A stretch of DNA of 64,000 bases from Octopus vulgaris (GCA_951406725.2 OX597826.1:64790001-64854000); one strand, 5' to 3'. Shown: positions 25,536-38,619, counted from the first letter of the stretch. Made by a program: numbers and translations. The notes: a model not told the origin generated them from the sequence alone.

Positions 25536-26734
25536 CAGTTCTCACACGCGTACATAATGCATGCGTCTGTTCGTGTGAGTGCGCGCGCTAAGGTAGATGG
25601 ATGTGTGAACAGACATAATTAACAGTGGCTTTGTCACTGCTTCCTCACTATTTAGGTGACAGAACATTTGTTTTCGTTCTCCTCTATTTTAACATTCCAC
25701 TCTTCCGCACTGCGCTTACCTTTACTTTTGCTCTGCTATCTTGACAGTCACACATTTTTACTTGACAGGACAACCAACTTTATTATGATAATAATTATTT
25801 CACTGTCGATATAACTTGAGGTTTGGGCGATTACTGGCCTTAATCGCCACCACCTGGGATAGTCTTTTAAAGTCATTTTTTAGGACGTCATAGCCCACTC
25901 AAGTAGGAAGTTGTTTGCGAGATATATCTATGTGTCGCTGGTTTGTCTGGTATTTCAGGGAGCAATTAGTTCAGATTTCGTAATGGATTTTTTTTTTGAG
26001 CAAAATAATTTCCCGTTCACCATTTTTGCTTTGTAGTTTAACACTAGATCATCTTTGATCATCGAACAAACTTAGGATCAAAGACATCCCAGTCTTGACC
26101 ACCCTGTCCCATTTTTAGGAGTATTAATAACTTTATTTAATGGATTTTTTGTTGTTTTTTGGGGTTTCTTTTTAAGGTAGCAAACGTAGTTTGAGGGAGA
26201 TTGGACTGCTATTTCTGATGGGTTGGAAGACAAGAAATGTTGGCAGAAGTGTTAATGTCATTTATTAATGATTTTATTATTGATCTTCAAAAACAATAAC
26301 AACAACTATAATGATCTTTCAACTTCAGGCACAAGACCTGGAATTTTGAGGGGACACGGATAACCAATTACATCAACCCCGAAAGGCAAAGTCAAACTCG
26401 GTGGAATTTGAACTCAGAACGTAAAGACGGACGAAATACCGCTAAGCATTTTGCCAGTTCGACGCCTTAACAACAATAATAATAATGGTTTAAATCTCTG
26501 TTCAAGGCGAGCAATTTTAGATGAGGATTTGTTCGATAACATCGACCCCAGTTCTCCAGTGATATTTATCTTATGATCTCCGAAAGGATGAAAGACAAAG
26601 TTGGCCTCAGCGTTTTTTAATCTCAAAACGTAAAGAACTGGAAGAAAAGCTGCGTGGTGTTTCATTCAACACCATGGCGATTCTGCCAACTTAGACATAA
26701 GGACAAAAAAAAAATTCGTTGTTTTTATAGATTA

Positions 26735-27124
26735 CTAGCAGTATCGCCCGTCGTTGTTCGGGTTTGTTTCGACCCCTTAGAATTGGAATTTTTGAAAAGT
26801 AAACATTTTGCATTATGTATCTTGTTATTCTCTTTAAGTGAACATTTTTCTGGTTGAAATACACCGAAAAAGGGCGACACAACGGTAAAAAAATCGTAAA
26901 AAATAGGGATTTTCATAGAAAAAAAGCACCTTTATGATGTAAATAATTTTTGATGTTAACATGGTCCGATTTGATTTTTTTCTTCCACGGAATGAAGAGC
27001 AAGCCTTCTTCTATCATACTCTCAATTTTGGTCAACTTGCGGCGCAGGGTCTCGGAGGAGATAGTGTTAGTTGAAAGCTACAAAACCTGCCATACACAGA
27101 TAACTTCAGCTTTATATATATAGA
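26735..27124 (-). mobile_element. Non-autonomous Helitron (~390 bp)
   Basis: Minus strand a|TCTATATAT...cccga acaac gacggg hairpin..CTAG|t; inserted A|T; second copy at 45485. Confidence 0.88.
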
Positions 27125-27274
27125 TTACATAAAGTCGATCATGAGAAAACACATCCAGAAAGAAATGAAACGTTCTTATAGAGTACGTGGACTTGATCCA
27201 AAGAGTTCACAAGAGAACTTGCAGTGGAATTTGTGGTTTGTAAAAGGACAGTTTTTTAAAATAATCATAACCAA

Positions 27275-27655
27275 GTGCAGGCATGGCTGTGTGGTAAGAA
27301 GTTTGCTTCCTAGCCACATGGTTCCGGGTTCAGTTCTACTGAGTGGCAAGTGTCTACTACTATAGTCTCGAGCCTACCAAAGCCTTTGGCAGATGGCAAC
27401 TGAAAGAAGCTCGTTGTATCTGTGTGCGCGCGCGTGTGTGTGTGTGTATGTGTGTGTGTCTTTGTGTCTGTGTTTGTCCCCTACTACCGTTTGTCAACCG
27501 GTGTTGGTGTGTTTACGTTTCCGTAACTTAACGGTTCGGCAAAAGTAACCAATAGAATAAGTACCAAGCTTTAAAATAAAAATAACTACTGGGTTCGATT
27601 TCATTCGGGTAAAATCCCAGCATGGCCGCAGTCTAATGACTGAAACAAGTAAAGA
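27275..27655 (+). mobile_element. SINE family A
   Basis: Full head-to-tail match. Confidence 0.88.
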
Positions 27656-27869
27656 CTAACAGAACTGAACGAAACACGTATATCTTGCAAGGCCGAAATA
27701 TATTTGTTACGTACCATCACTACATTTATTGTTGGTTCTTTGTTGAGAAAAAGAATAAGAAAAAAAATGGAAGGAAAATGAAACCCAGTTTACCATTGTG
27801 AAATGAAGCTGCCCAAATAAGACCATCTGGTATGTCATGTTGATAAGACAGAAATCAAAGAGGGTCTGC

Positions 27870-28830
27870 TAGGCATCTTTATTATCCTGTTTGATGAGTT
27901 CGCAGGTTTATCATATGACGCCCAGCTGCTTGTATAGATAGACAAGGTATGCAAAGAATTCGAATGTTAAAGAAGAATTCAGGGACAATGAAAAAGGGAA
28001 ACTGTATATGGAATTGTATCTTGTTATCATCATCACCACCATCCTCCTACTCTTCCTCATCATCACCATCATCATCATCATGGCTACCACTACTATCATC
28101 ATCATTATCCTCATCATCATCATCACCAACATCACCACCACAGTCCTCCTCCTCCTCCTCATCATCATCATCATCATCATCACCACCCTCACAATCACCA
28201 ATTATTTGAGTTCTTGCAATGCTGGAGATCTGGTTTCATAACAAGAGTGTTAAGTATCAAGCCTGACGTAAAGAACATGCATGTATATGATTCAGAATTA
28301 TGCACTATATACGCAGATGCTTATTCAAGCTCTGGAATCTGTCTCTGATAATCTATGCACTGTAAACATTGCCAAATCTAGTTCTCTGAGCTTAAGTAAA
28401 TTGCGTTTGTATCAAGAATTAAATGCTGATAAAGACGCACTTTTGTTTCACAGAGAAATAAACTGGCTTTCAAGAGTTACAGTGATGAAATGATATATTG
28501 AAAGATTTTTTTCAAGAACTATAAATTTTGCAGATAAAATATATGGCATCAAATGGAAGGTAAATTTAGCCAATATGAACGATGTTCTTTTCTGATTCAA
28601 GAATTTTCAAGGTAATTTAGCTAATGTTATAGACTTCGTTGATTTAAATCATTCCGAAGAAAATCTTAGTCGTAGAATGAAAACATGAAGGTGAATCGCT
28701 ACTGGGTTTTCTTTTTTTTTTTTTTTTTTTTTTAAGACTATGGGAGAAAGTAGTACATTGCTGGAAGTAGAGAACATCAATGAAGTCACTGCAATAGTCC
28801 AGAAGCATGTTGTTTCGCTACATAAGGAAT
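27870..28830 (+). pseudogene. Old hAT (Buster/Charlie-like) transposase remnant interrupted by a (CAT)n tract at ~28025-28200
   Basis: LFDE..DAQLLV; MIQNYAL; LLFHREINWLSR (cf. LLFHTEVRWLSRG). Confidence 0.6.
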
Positions 28831-29126
28831 TATATTCTTTTTTAAAATTTTTATTCTAGATGTTAGTGAACTGGATTATCAACTATTACGAAATCATTTT
28901 AGTATCAATTCCAGATCAATTCTGGCAATTTGTTTCATTCAAAGACCCTTCAGAATTAATCCCATATCAGTTACTAACAATTTGCAAGATGAATTTGCGG
29001 AATTTACAAAAGATCTTTCGGGAAAAGATCTTTTTGAAACGTCTTCTCCAACAAAATTCCAATGTTTCATTTTGTAATTTGTATGTAAAATAGATATACA
29101 AAGTGTTTTACTGTCCTTATCCACTC

Positions 29127-29221
29127 ACATACATACATACATACATACATACATACATACATACATACATACATACATACATACATACATACATACATAC
29201 ATACATACATACATACATACA

Positions 29222-29250
<29 letters not shown>
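29127..29250. repeat. (CATA)n microsatellite
   Basis: Directly visible. Confidence 0.95.
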
Positions 29251-29257
<7 letters not shown>

Positions 29258-29349
29258 TGGTTCAAATGTACAGAAAACAAAAGACAGAGACCAGGTAAGA
29301 GAACAACAATCATGTGTATTAGTTTGACACTCGGGAAAAATAGAAATGT

Positions 29350-29385
29350 CTTTGACGTTTCGAGCCTGCGCTCTTCGACAGAAAG
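29350..29385 (-). ncRNA. Hammerhead-like motif with A6U core change
   Basis: Reverse complement reads cttt-CTGTCGA-a-GAGC gcag GCTC-GAAA-cg-TC-aaag. Confidence 0.55.
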
Positions 29386-29724
29386 GGATGACAGGAAAAA
29401 AAAATGGAGAGAGAAAAATGTGTCGGGATTAATGGTTTCACATATTGAAATAGTGTGTATATATGTGTGTGCCTGTATATGGTGTGTGTGTGTGTGTGTG
29501 TATGCTTGACGACCGATGTTGGTTTATTTACATTCTAGTAACTAGTGGTTCGGCAGATGTCGATAAAATAAGTACCAGAATTAAAAATAAGTACTGGGGT
29601 TGATTTGCTGGATAAAACATTTCAAGGCGGAGCCCTATCCTAGCAGTAGGGTAATGGAGGAAATAAGTAAAAAACAAAAGAAATACACACACACACCCAC
29701 GAAACTCCACTCACCCTTCTCTGC

Positions 29725-29743
29725 CTTTTCTCTCTCTCTCTCA

Positions 29744-29779
<36 letters not shown>

Positions 29780-30075
29780 TACATACATACATACATACAT
29801 ACATACACACACACATACATACATACACACATACATACATACACACATACATACGTACATACATACATACACACGTACATACATGCATACATACACACAT
29901 ACATACATACACATACATACATACATACACACTTACATACACACATACATACATACATAAATACATACATACATACACACACACACATACATACACACAT
30001 ACATACATACACACATACATACATACATACATACATACATACATACATACATACATACATAAATACACGCATACA
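29725..30075. repeat. (CT)n/(CA)n/(CATA)n compound microsatellite
   Basis: Directly visible. Confidence 0.95.
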
Positions 30076-30277
30076 CGATTCTTCCGCTGTTTATATATCA
30101 AATTTTTTTATAAGGGTAAAAGAACTAACACTGCTTTCTATACACGCACGTATCAACAAAATATACACACATATTCCTTGATGTATATAAACATGTTAAA
30201 TTCCAGAGACAGGAAACGAAGGGAAAAAAATTACTAAGGATGTATACACACATACACACTCACACACACACACAGAT

Positions 30278-30362
<85 letters not shown>

Positions 30363-30711
30363 ACAGTTGTAAAATTAAACTTGACTTCAAGACTTGCATG
30401 GTTTCTAATAAGTTGGGAGCAGGCGATCTAAGGTTTCTAAACCTGACCTCTAAAAGAGGGCATTAGCAACATGGTATAGGATGCAATGCGCGCGTGAGTG
30501 TACCACACCCAGTATCGAGAACTTGGCCTATTAAATTCTACAGATGGTATTGAAAGCTCACAAAAGATTTCAAGTGGTTGGTTCAACGTCCAATTAACAT
30601 TGTAATTTTATATGTTAATCAGGAGGCATGTCTCTATCTCAACAAACTCCCTTCCCCCTCTCTCTTTACCACTGTCTCTCTCTTTCTTTCTCTCAATCCC
30701 CCCCTCTCTGC

Positions 30712-30765
<54 letters not shown>

Positions 30766-30766
30766 G

Positions 30767-30827
<61 letters not shown>

Positions 30828-30850
30828 ATTTCGGTCTTTATCACTGCCTG

Positions 30851-31200
30851 TGAAGGCGCATGGCTCAGAAGTTAGAGCGTCGAGCTCGCAATCATGAGGT
30901 AGTGAGTTCGATTCCTGGACTGGGTTGTGTGTTGTGTTTTTGAGCAAGACACTTTATTTCACGTTGTTCCAGTTCATTCACCCGTAGATAGGAGTTGCGA
31001 CATCACTGGTGCCAAGCTGTATCGGCCTTTGCCTTTCCCTTGGATAACATCCGTGACATGGAGAGGGGAGGCTGGTATGCATGGATGACTGCTGGTCTTC
31101 CATAAACAACTTTACCCGGATTTGAGCCTCGGAGAGGAACTTTCTAGGTGCAATCCCATGATCATTCATGACCGAAGTGGGTCTTTACCCTTTACCCTTA
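30851..31200 (+). mobile_element. tRNA-headed SINE family D (V-domain-like core), (tttaccc)n tail
   Basis: tggctcagaagttagagc..gagttcgattcc head; ttgagcaagacacttt core; related pieces at ~11560-11695(-) and ~17333-17488(+). Confidence 0.75.
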
Positions 31201-31354
31201 TCACTGCGTCTCTCTTTCTATTTATCTGTTTATAATTCTTGCTGCGTGTACCCCTCCTTGTCACTCCTAATGTTTTTGTCATTTTTTTCTGTTCGTTTTT
31301 ATTTTTATTTTTATTTTAATTCATTATTATTTTGATATATTTTTTATTTATTTT

Positions 31355-31680
31355 ATTCTTTTATTCTTTTACTTGTTTTGGTCATTCGATTGCGACCATG
31401 CTGGAACACCGCCTTTAGTCGAATAAATCGACCCCATGACTTATTCTTTGTTAATCTGTGTGTTTTTACCGAACGGCTAGGTAACGGGGATATAAACACG
31501 CCAACATCGGTTGTCAAGCGATGGTGGTGGTGGTGGTGGGGGGACAAAACAGACACAAATAACAAATGTATACATACATATACGACGGGCTTCTTTCAGT
31601 TTCCGTCTACCAAATCCACTCAAAAATGCTTTGGCCAGCCCGAGGCTATAGTAGAAGACACTTGCCCAAGGTGCCACGCT
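31355..31680 (-). mobile_element. SINE family A
   Basis: Consensus match, head truncated. Confidence 0.85.
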
Positions 31681-32679
31681 GTTATATTTGTATTTATTGT
31701 CTTATTCTATTTATTTATTATCAGGATCAAATAAATTCATGGCACGAAACATATCCTAATCTTAAAACTAAATTATTTCTACAGCCTTTATTTGGAAATC
31801 GAGATTGACTAGGTAACATGTACCAAGCTTTCGCTAAATATTTTAGGTACTTATGTAGCCGTGGTCAGACACAGACGTGCAACACCTCGTGGATATGACT
31901 GCTGGAGGGTAAGAGAGAAGACTGCTGTACTAACACTTGGTTAGTATATATTTCTCCTCAGTAGACTGGAACAAAATAAAGTGATGTACGTAGTTCAGGT
32001 ACAACACAATGTGCTGCCAGGTCCAGAAATCGAACCTACAAACTCGTTATAGTCAGCGCTACACCGTAACCACTAGGCCATAGTGTCTGATAACTATAAT
32101 TAATGGTTTCGAATTTTGGCATAGAACCAACAGTTTCTTGAAGCAAGAGTTACATTGATCCCCGGTCCTGGACAGGTATCTATTTTATCGACCTCGAAAA
32201 GATGCAAAGCAAGTCAACCTTGGCAGAATTTGAACGCAAAGTCACAAGAAAAAATGCCGAAAAGCATTTCGTCCGGGCGTGCTAACGATTCTGCCAGCAC
32301 GCGGTCTTGTCATACATCTCAAATTAATAATAATCGATGTAGCTTACATAAATTCGAATGAATTTCTCTTTTTATTAGATTTTATGCTTAATTCTTTCTT
32401 GAAACAGTGAAAATCGAAGCAGATAAAGCTATAAATAATAGTGTTAAATATTGGGTTAAAAATCCTTTCGATGGAAAAAGTCAATGGCTGCCCGTGGGAC
32501 ACGAAGCCATGTTTCTGTAAACATTATGTCAATAACCTACAATTTTCGCTGACAAAAATAAAGTTTCTAAAATGATTAGAGAAATTCGAATGATTGCTTC
32601 CTCCGGTGGTTGTACATTTGTCACCTTTACAAAAAGAGTAGGTTCGTGTCCCATGGACCGCCTTCACTTTTTGGAGACA

Positions 32680-32900
32680 AACACATATACAAAGATACAC
32701 ACACATAGATATAGACATACATGCACACATATATATACGACGGGCTTCTTTCAGTTTCCGTCTATCAAATCCACTCACAAGGCTTTGGTCGGCCCGAGGC
32801 TATAGTAAAAGACGCTTGCCCAAGGTGCTACCTAATGGGACCGAACCCGGAACCATGTGGTTGGGAAGCAGGCTTCTTACCACACAGTCACGCCTGCGCT
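32680..32900 (-). mobile_element. SINE family A 5' half
   Basis: Consensus match. Confidence 0.85.
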
Positions 32901-33275
32901 TACAGGTATTTTATTCATACATACATACATACATCTATACCTCTAAACACCCAGACGCATTTATAACACACCATAGCACTTTTGCAGCATCTTAAAAATA
33001 ATGTCTCTACTACTCAGTCCAGGAAAAACATTAAAAAAATGAATACACATATTTAGAAATAGCGAAGAATCACTGGCCTCATTAGCTCCAACGACCAGGA
33101 TGGTGTGCACATGAACGATAAACTCAGAGAAATAGCAATCGCCCACTTCTTCTGTGGCCCCACTACTCTTAGAATCTACAAGCGTACAGATATAAACTGA
33201 AGAGTAGAGAGAGCGCAATATTCCAAAACAGTCGGAGCGTGCAGTTACGCCTTGAGTTAAGCAGAGAAATAGTAT

Positions 33276-34067
33276 AAGGCGGCGAGCTGGCAGAATCGTT
33301 AGCACGCCGGGCGAAATGCTTAGCGGTATTTCGTCTGCCGATACGTTCTGAGTTCAAATTCCGCTGAGGTCAACTTTGCTTTTCACCTTTTCGGGGTCGA
33401 TTAAATAAGTACCAGTTACGCACTGGGGTCGATATAATCGACTTAATCCGTTTGTCTATCGTTGTTTGTCCTCTCTGTGTTTAGCCCCTTGTGGGTAGTC
33501 AAGAAATAGGTATTTCGTCTGCCGCTATGTTCTGAGTTCAAATTCCGCCAAGTTCGGCTTTACCTTTCATCCTTCCGGTGTCGATAAATTAAGTACCAGT
33601 TACGAAATGGGGTCGATATAATTGACTTAATCCGTTTGTCTGTCCTTGTTTGCCCTCTCTGTGTTTAGCCCCGTGAGTAGTAAAGAAATAGGCATTTTGT
33701 CTACCGCTACGTTCTCAGTTCAAATTCCGCCGAGGTCGACTTTGCCTTTCATATTTTCGGGGTCGATAAATTAAGTACCAGTTACGCACTGGGGGTCGAT
33801 GTAATCGACTTAATCCGTTTATCTGTCCTTGTTTGTCCTCTCTGTGTTTAGCCCCTTGTCGGTAGTAAAGAAATAGGTATTTCGTCTGCCGCTATGTTCT
33901 GAGTTCAAATTCCGCCGAGGTCGACTTTGCCTTTAATCCTTTCGGGGTCGATAAATTGAGTACCAATTACGCACTGGGGTCGATGTAATCGACTTAATCC
34001 GTTTGTTTGTCCTTGTTTGTCCTCTCTGTGTTTAGCCCCTTGTGGGTAGTAAAAAAATAAGAGAAAT
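33276..34067 (+). mobile_element. SINE family B tetramer (~185-bp units)
   Basis: One head, then restarts at ~33509, ~33691 and ~33876. Confidence 0.9.
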
Positions 34068-34554
34068 ACGGAGGCTGATGGATCTGTGTCTCGGGCACGT
34101 TATTCGACCAACTACCAAATTGCCGCGGTACTGTTCGATCAAAGCTGAGCCAGGGATACACAACAACAGCAATAACAACAACAATAACAACAACAACAAT
34201 GATAACAACAATAACAACAACAACGACCAAAATTTGATTATAAGGCAAAAAAAAAAAATGGTTAGTTTCAGTTTCATGACCTTAAGCGAATGAATGCTAG
34301 CTCTACTCTTGGACAGAACACCAATTCCCGTACAAGGCATTCTCAGAATATCTAATACCCATTCCAGGCAAATGGGTAAAGTTATGTAATGAAAACTAAA
34401 ACAGCGAAACGCCGGCAGCGGATTTGAATAAACCACGTATGAACAGATAGAACAGCTTTATATGGTTGTGTATGCGTGTCTGTGGGTGTGTCTCTACTTT
34501 GTATGTATGTGTGTGGTCGATATGCATATATGTGTATGTGTAAATATTTATATG

Positions 34555-34622
34555 TGCGTATGTATGTATGTATGTATGTATGTATGTATATGTATTTGTG
34601 TGCATTGATGTCTGTGTGTATG

Positions 34623-34654
<32 letters not shown>

Positions 34655-34680
34655 TGTATGTATGTATGTATGTATGTATG

Positions 34681-34712
<32 letters not shown>

Positions 34713-34750
34713 TGTATGTATGTATGTATGTATGTGTGTGTGTATGTGTA
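34555..34750. repeat. (TATG)n microsatellite
   Basis: Directly visible. Confidence 0.95.
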
Positions 34751-34990
34751 TTATATATTAAAATGGGAGAGGCCGGTTTATGGGGTTACCCCATTTTAAT
34801 ATTAACTGCTCTACATCTTAGAGTGTGCTTCTCCGAATTTATGTATTTCTACAAACGACATGTATGTATGTATATCTATACATATATCTACAAACACACA
34901 CACACACATTAAACACATACATGCATACATATGTACATTGACACGTATGGATGAATGCGCATATGTGTGAATGTCTATATGTAAGCATAC

Positions 34991-35023
<33 letters not shown>

Positions 35024-35044
35024 TGTATGTATGTATGTATGTAT

Positions 35045-35708
35045 AAAGGATTCAAGGATGCCAAAACAACTCTTTTATGGAGAGTTAGCCAAAGGAGAAC
35101 GACCTCCACATAAACCAAAAAAGAGGTATAAGGACTTGCTGAAGGCTTCCTTAAGAGATGCTTGCATCTCTCCTGACACATGGGAAGGCATAGCTATTGA
35201 TCGTAGTAGGTGGAAAAGGATTGTGCATGAGGGGACAGCCACGTTTGAGAAATCTCGAGTTGCACATGAGAAAGTAAGGAGGGATGTCAGGAAGGGCATC
35301 GCTGTTACACTTCCAGAAGGGAAGGGTCTTCCGATGATGCTGACATGCAATGTCTGTGCAAGACCCTGCCTCAGTAAAGCTAGACTCATGAGTCATCTTC
35401 GTAGTCATAAAACGAGACAGATGAGTGACAACCTGGCCACTGGTGGTGGTGTAACACACCATACTAATCATATCTGTCGGGCATGTGGAAGAGAGTGTAA
35501 TTCGGCAGGAGGACTTAAACGACATGCAAAGGTACATGAAGCCCAGTTACAACTACAGCCGGCTATTACCAGTAAAGGTTTTAGTTGCTAATTTTGTACA
35601 AGACATTGTAGATCTTAAGCTGGGCTACAAAGTCACATTCAATCAGAGCACCAGTAACAGTTAGGCTTCGCGCAATGGCCATACTCGATAACGAGGGGGC
35701 AGCCACAA
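35045..35708 (+). mobile_element. RTE-group LINE 3' fragment with C-terminal C2H2 fingers, inside (TATG)n
   Basis: RMPKQLFYGEL..G.R....PKKRYKD.LK...WE..A.DRS.W (RTE C-terminus); CNVC..LMSHLRSH and CRAC..GLKRHAKVH. Confidence 0.85.
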
Positions 35709-36019
35709 TGTATGTGTGTATGTATACATTATATGCATACATAAATGTAAGCATACATATATGTATATAAGTATTGTATGTATGTATGCATGCATGCATC
35801 ATGTATGTATGCATGTATGCATGTATGTATGTATGTATATATGTATGTATGCATGTATGTATATATGTATGCATGTATGCATGCATGCATGTATGAATGT
35901 ATGTGTGTATGTATGTATGTATGTATGTATGTATGTATGTATGTATGTATGTATGTATGTATGTATGTATGTATGCATGCATGTATGTATGTATACATGT
36001 ATGGACGTGTGTGCATTTA

Positions 36020-36236
36020 CGAGAGGATGCTGAAAAGTTCCTGGCTTTGGGTAAAAGAAAATACAGGCGGATCAGTTAATTATGACTTTATTCAACATAT
36101 TCTCCTTTCAGATTCACACTCTTATTGCAGCGGTGCTTCAATTTTCCTAAACCCTGTAAAAGAACTCGAAAAATTGGGCCTCCAGCCAAGCCTTTCGCGA
36201 CACCCTTAAAGCCAAGAACTTTTCAGGATCACCTTG
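36020..36236. mobile_element. mariner-derived MITE with TA TSD
   Basis: ta|CGAGAGGATGCTGAAAAGTTCCTGGCTTT ... AAAGCCAAGAACTTTTCAGGATCACCTTG|ta; minus strand keeps transposase end VNLKGEYVE*. Confidence 0.8.
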
Positions 36237-36349
36237 TATATGCTTTAATACTCCCCACATAAATTATGTCAAACATAATTCACTGTTCTCATGCACATGT
36301 TGTTTCGAGCTTATGCATTTTTCTAAACAATTTTACTTTTCAAGCCAAT

Positions 36350-36647
36350 TCTGTTGTGTCTGGAGAGAGTAATTTTCTTTTTGTAAAGTAACACACTCAC
36401 CGGTAAAATTTCCACTTATTTCTTATTTTTATTTTCCTAAAATTTTCAATGGCCAAGACTACTGAAAAGGTTGCAAGACGCATCGAAAATTTTAGGAAAA
36501 TAAAAATAAGAAATAAATGGAAATTTTACCGGTGAGTGTGTTACATTATAAGGCACAAAAAGAAAATGACTCTCTCTAGACACAACACACTTCTTCAACT
36601 CACATAAAGAATCTTGCAAGCCAAATCCAAAAAACGAAATGAAAATA
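36350..36647 (+). mobile_element. Fold-back retro-insertion with hammerhead-like motif (36459-36495) and 13-bp TSD
   Basis: Inverted arms 36352-36447 / ~36485-36587; TSD ttttcaagccaat at 36337-36349 and 36648-36660. Confidence 0.82.
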
Positions 36648-36779
36648 TTTTCAAGCCAATATGATATTGTACATTAATACAAAAATTCCTTCAACATTAC
36701 CTCAGCAAAGGCATTGAAGTCTATGTTACGCAAAAGTCATAAAAATACTGAAACAAGCATTTATTCTCGTAATTTTTTA

Positions 36780-37050
36780 TCTTTTGCCAATTCTTTCAGT
36801 CACTGGACTGCGGTCATGCTGGGGCGTCACTTTAAAGAGTCTTGTCAAATAAATTATGTTTCTAGTTAAATCTGTCACTTATTCTTACAGTCTGTTTTGC
36901 CGAACCGCTAAGTTTCGGGGACGTAATCAAAGCAACAACTGTTTTCAAGCAGTAGGAGGTGATAAACAGAAGGACACACATATAGATACATTTCTGATTT
37001 GTGTGTGTGTGTGTAGACAGACAGACAGACAGACAGACAGATAAACAGAC

Positions 37051-37117
<67 letters not shown>

Positions 37118-37284
37118 CACACACGACGGGCCTCCGCATAGTTTCCGCCTAACAATTTCACTCACGAGGCATTGGTCGATTCTGAATCATAGTAGATGAC
37201 ACTTGTCTAAGGTATTTGTACAATGGGACTGAACCCAAAACCACGTGGGTGGAAAACGAGCTTATTAACCACACAGCTATGCCT
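36780..37284 (-). mobile_element. Diverged SINE family A with internal (GACA)/(GATA)n
   Basis: Consensus match on both sides of the microsatellite. Confidence 0.8.
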
Positions 37285-37505
37285 GAAACAATTAAAATAA
37301 TGTTAACATTAATTAATATTGTTTATTTTTCCTTTGTCGCATAATTATTTATAGTGAACTTTTTACGCTCCTTGTGTTATTAACAAATATGTTAACGCTA
37401 ACCTTATTATTGGTTTTCGTGTAGAAGGCGACCCTGAGTTTCATAAGTTATATGCCCTGTCATTAATGGTTTAGTCCCACTTCTCACTCTCTTTCTCTTT
37501 CTCTC

Positions 37506-37550
<45 letters not shown>

Positions 37551-37559
37551 ATATCTATT

Positions 37560-37948
37560 CTACGGCACTCCGTCGGTTACAACGACGAAGGTTCCAGTTG
37601 ATCTAATCAACGGAACAGCCTGCTCGTGAAATTAATGTGCAGGTCGCTGAGCACTCCACAGAAAAGTGTACCCTTAACCTAGTTCTCGAGGAGACTCAGC
37701 GTGACACAGAGTGTGACTAGGCTGGCCCTTTGAAATACAGGTACAACAGAAACAGGAAGAAAGAATAAGAGAAAGCTGTGGTGGAAGAGTACAGCAGGTT
37801 TCGCCACCCACCCCACTGCCGGAGCCTCGTGGAACTTTAGGTGTTTTCGCTCAATAAACACTCACAACGCCCGGTCTGGGAATCGAAACCGCGATCCTAC
37901 GACTGCGAGTCCGCTGCCCTAACCACTGCCCTAAGCATTGCGCCTCCA
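37560..37948 (-). mobile_element. SINE family C variant (same head, different 3' half)
   Basis: Head ggaggcgcaatg..cagtggttagggcagcggactcgc..ggtttcgattccc as at 51082. Confidence 0.78.
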
Positions 37949-38112
37949 CACACACACACACACATACACACACACACATATATACATACATACATATACA
38001 CTATGAGGGTACTTAAACCTCTTAGAGGGATAGTTTTATTCAAGATACCCTGATTTAATATACATTTTGAAGAGATATTTCCTCAATAAATATATTATAA
38101 AACATTAAATAT

Positions 38113-38507
38113 TGTTAATAAGTTTGAAAACGGAGAGATTCAATGGATATAAATTAATTCATTAATTATTTAAAATTGCTTACAATTGTTTCCCTTTGCA
38201 TCCAGTTTAAATTACAAAACATATATAATAATATAAGTTTGCATTTTGAGCTAATCTGGGTGTAAGATCTTCAGGGCAAAATGGACATCTGAAGATCTTA
38301 CACCAAGACTACTCAAAATGCAAACATATATTATATATGTCTCGTAATTCAAACTGGGTGCGAAGTGAAAAAAAAAAAAGGATTTTTAAAATAGCTCTTT
38401 TGCTTTAGATATGAACTTTTTAATATAGGCACACAGCCTAGGCAATGTTAAATAATTAATACATTAATTTATATCCATTGAACCTCTCCATTTTCAAACT
38501 TATTAAT
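38113..38507. mobile_element. Older fold-back element with long-stem-II hammerhead motifs (38178-38277 minus; 38289-38370 plus, broken)
   Basis: Arms ttaataagtttgaaaa.ggagag.ttcaatggatataaattaat and its reverse complement; minus strand gcc-CTGAAGA-tcttacacccag...ctggatgcaaagg-GAAA-caattg-TA-agc. Confidence 0.7.
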
Positions 38508-38560
38508 ATATATATATATTTGTTTTGCAAGATTTATTGGCAAAATGACCATTCCTAAAT

Positions 38561-38619
<59 letters not shown>

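Noticed and set aside
32485-32663. MITE with ggc..c.tgggacacgaa inverted ends
   Set aside because: Only ~20 bp of imperfect match and no TSD
33276-34067. CRISPR-like regular repeats (also 17017-17302)
   Set aside because: Whole units repeat with no unique spacers; eukaryotic context and no cas genes
34971-35591. Host C2H2 zinc-finger gene
   Set aside because: Fingers are fused to an RTE C-terminus and the ORF start lies in a microsatellite
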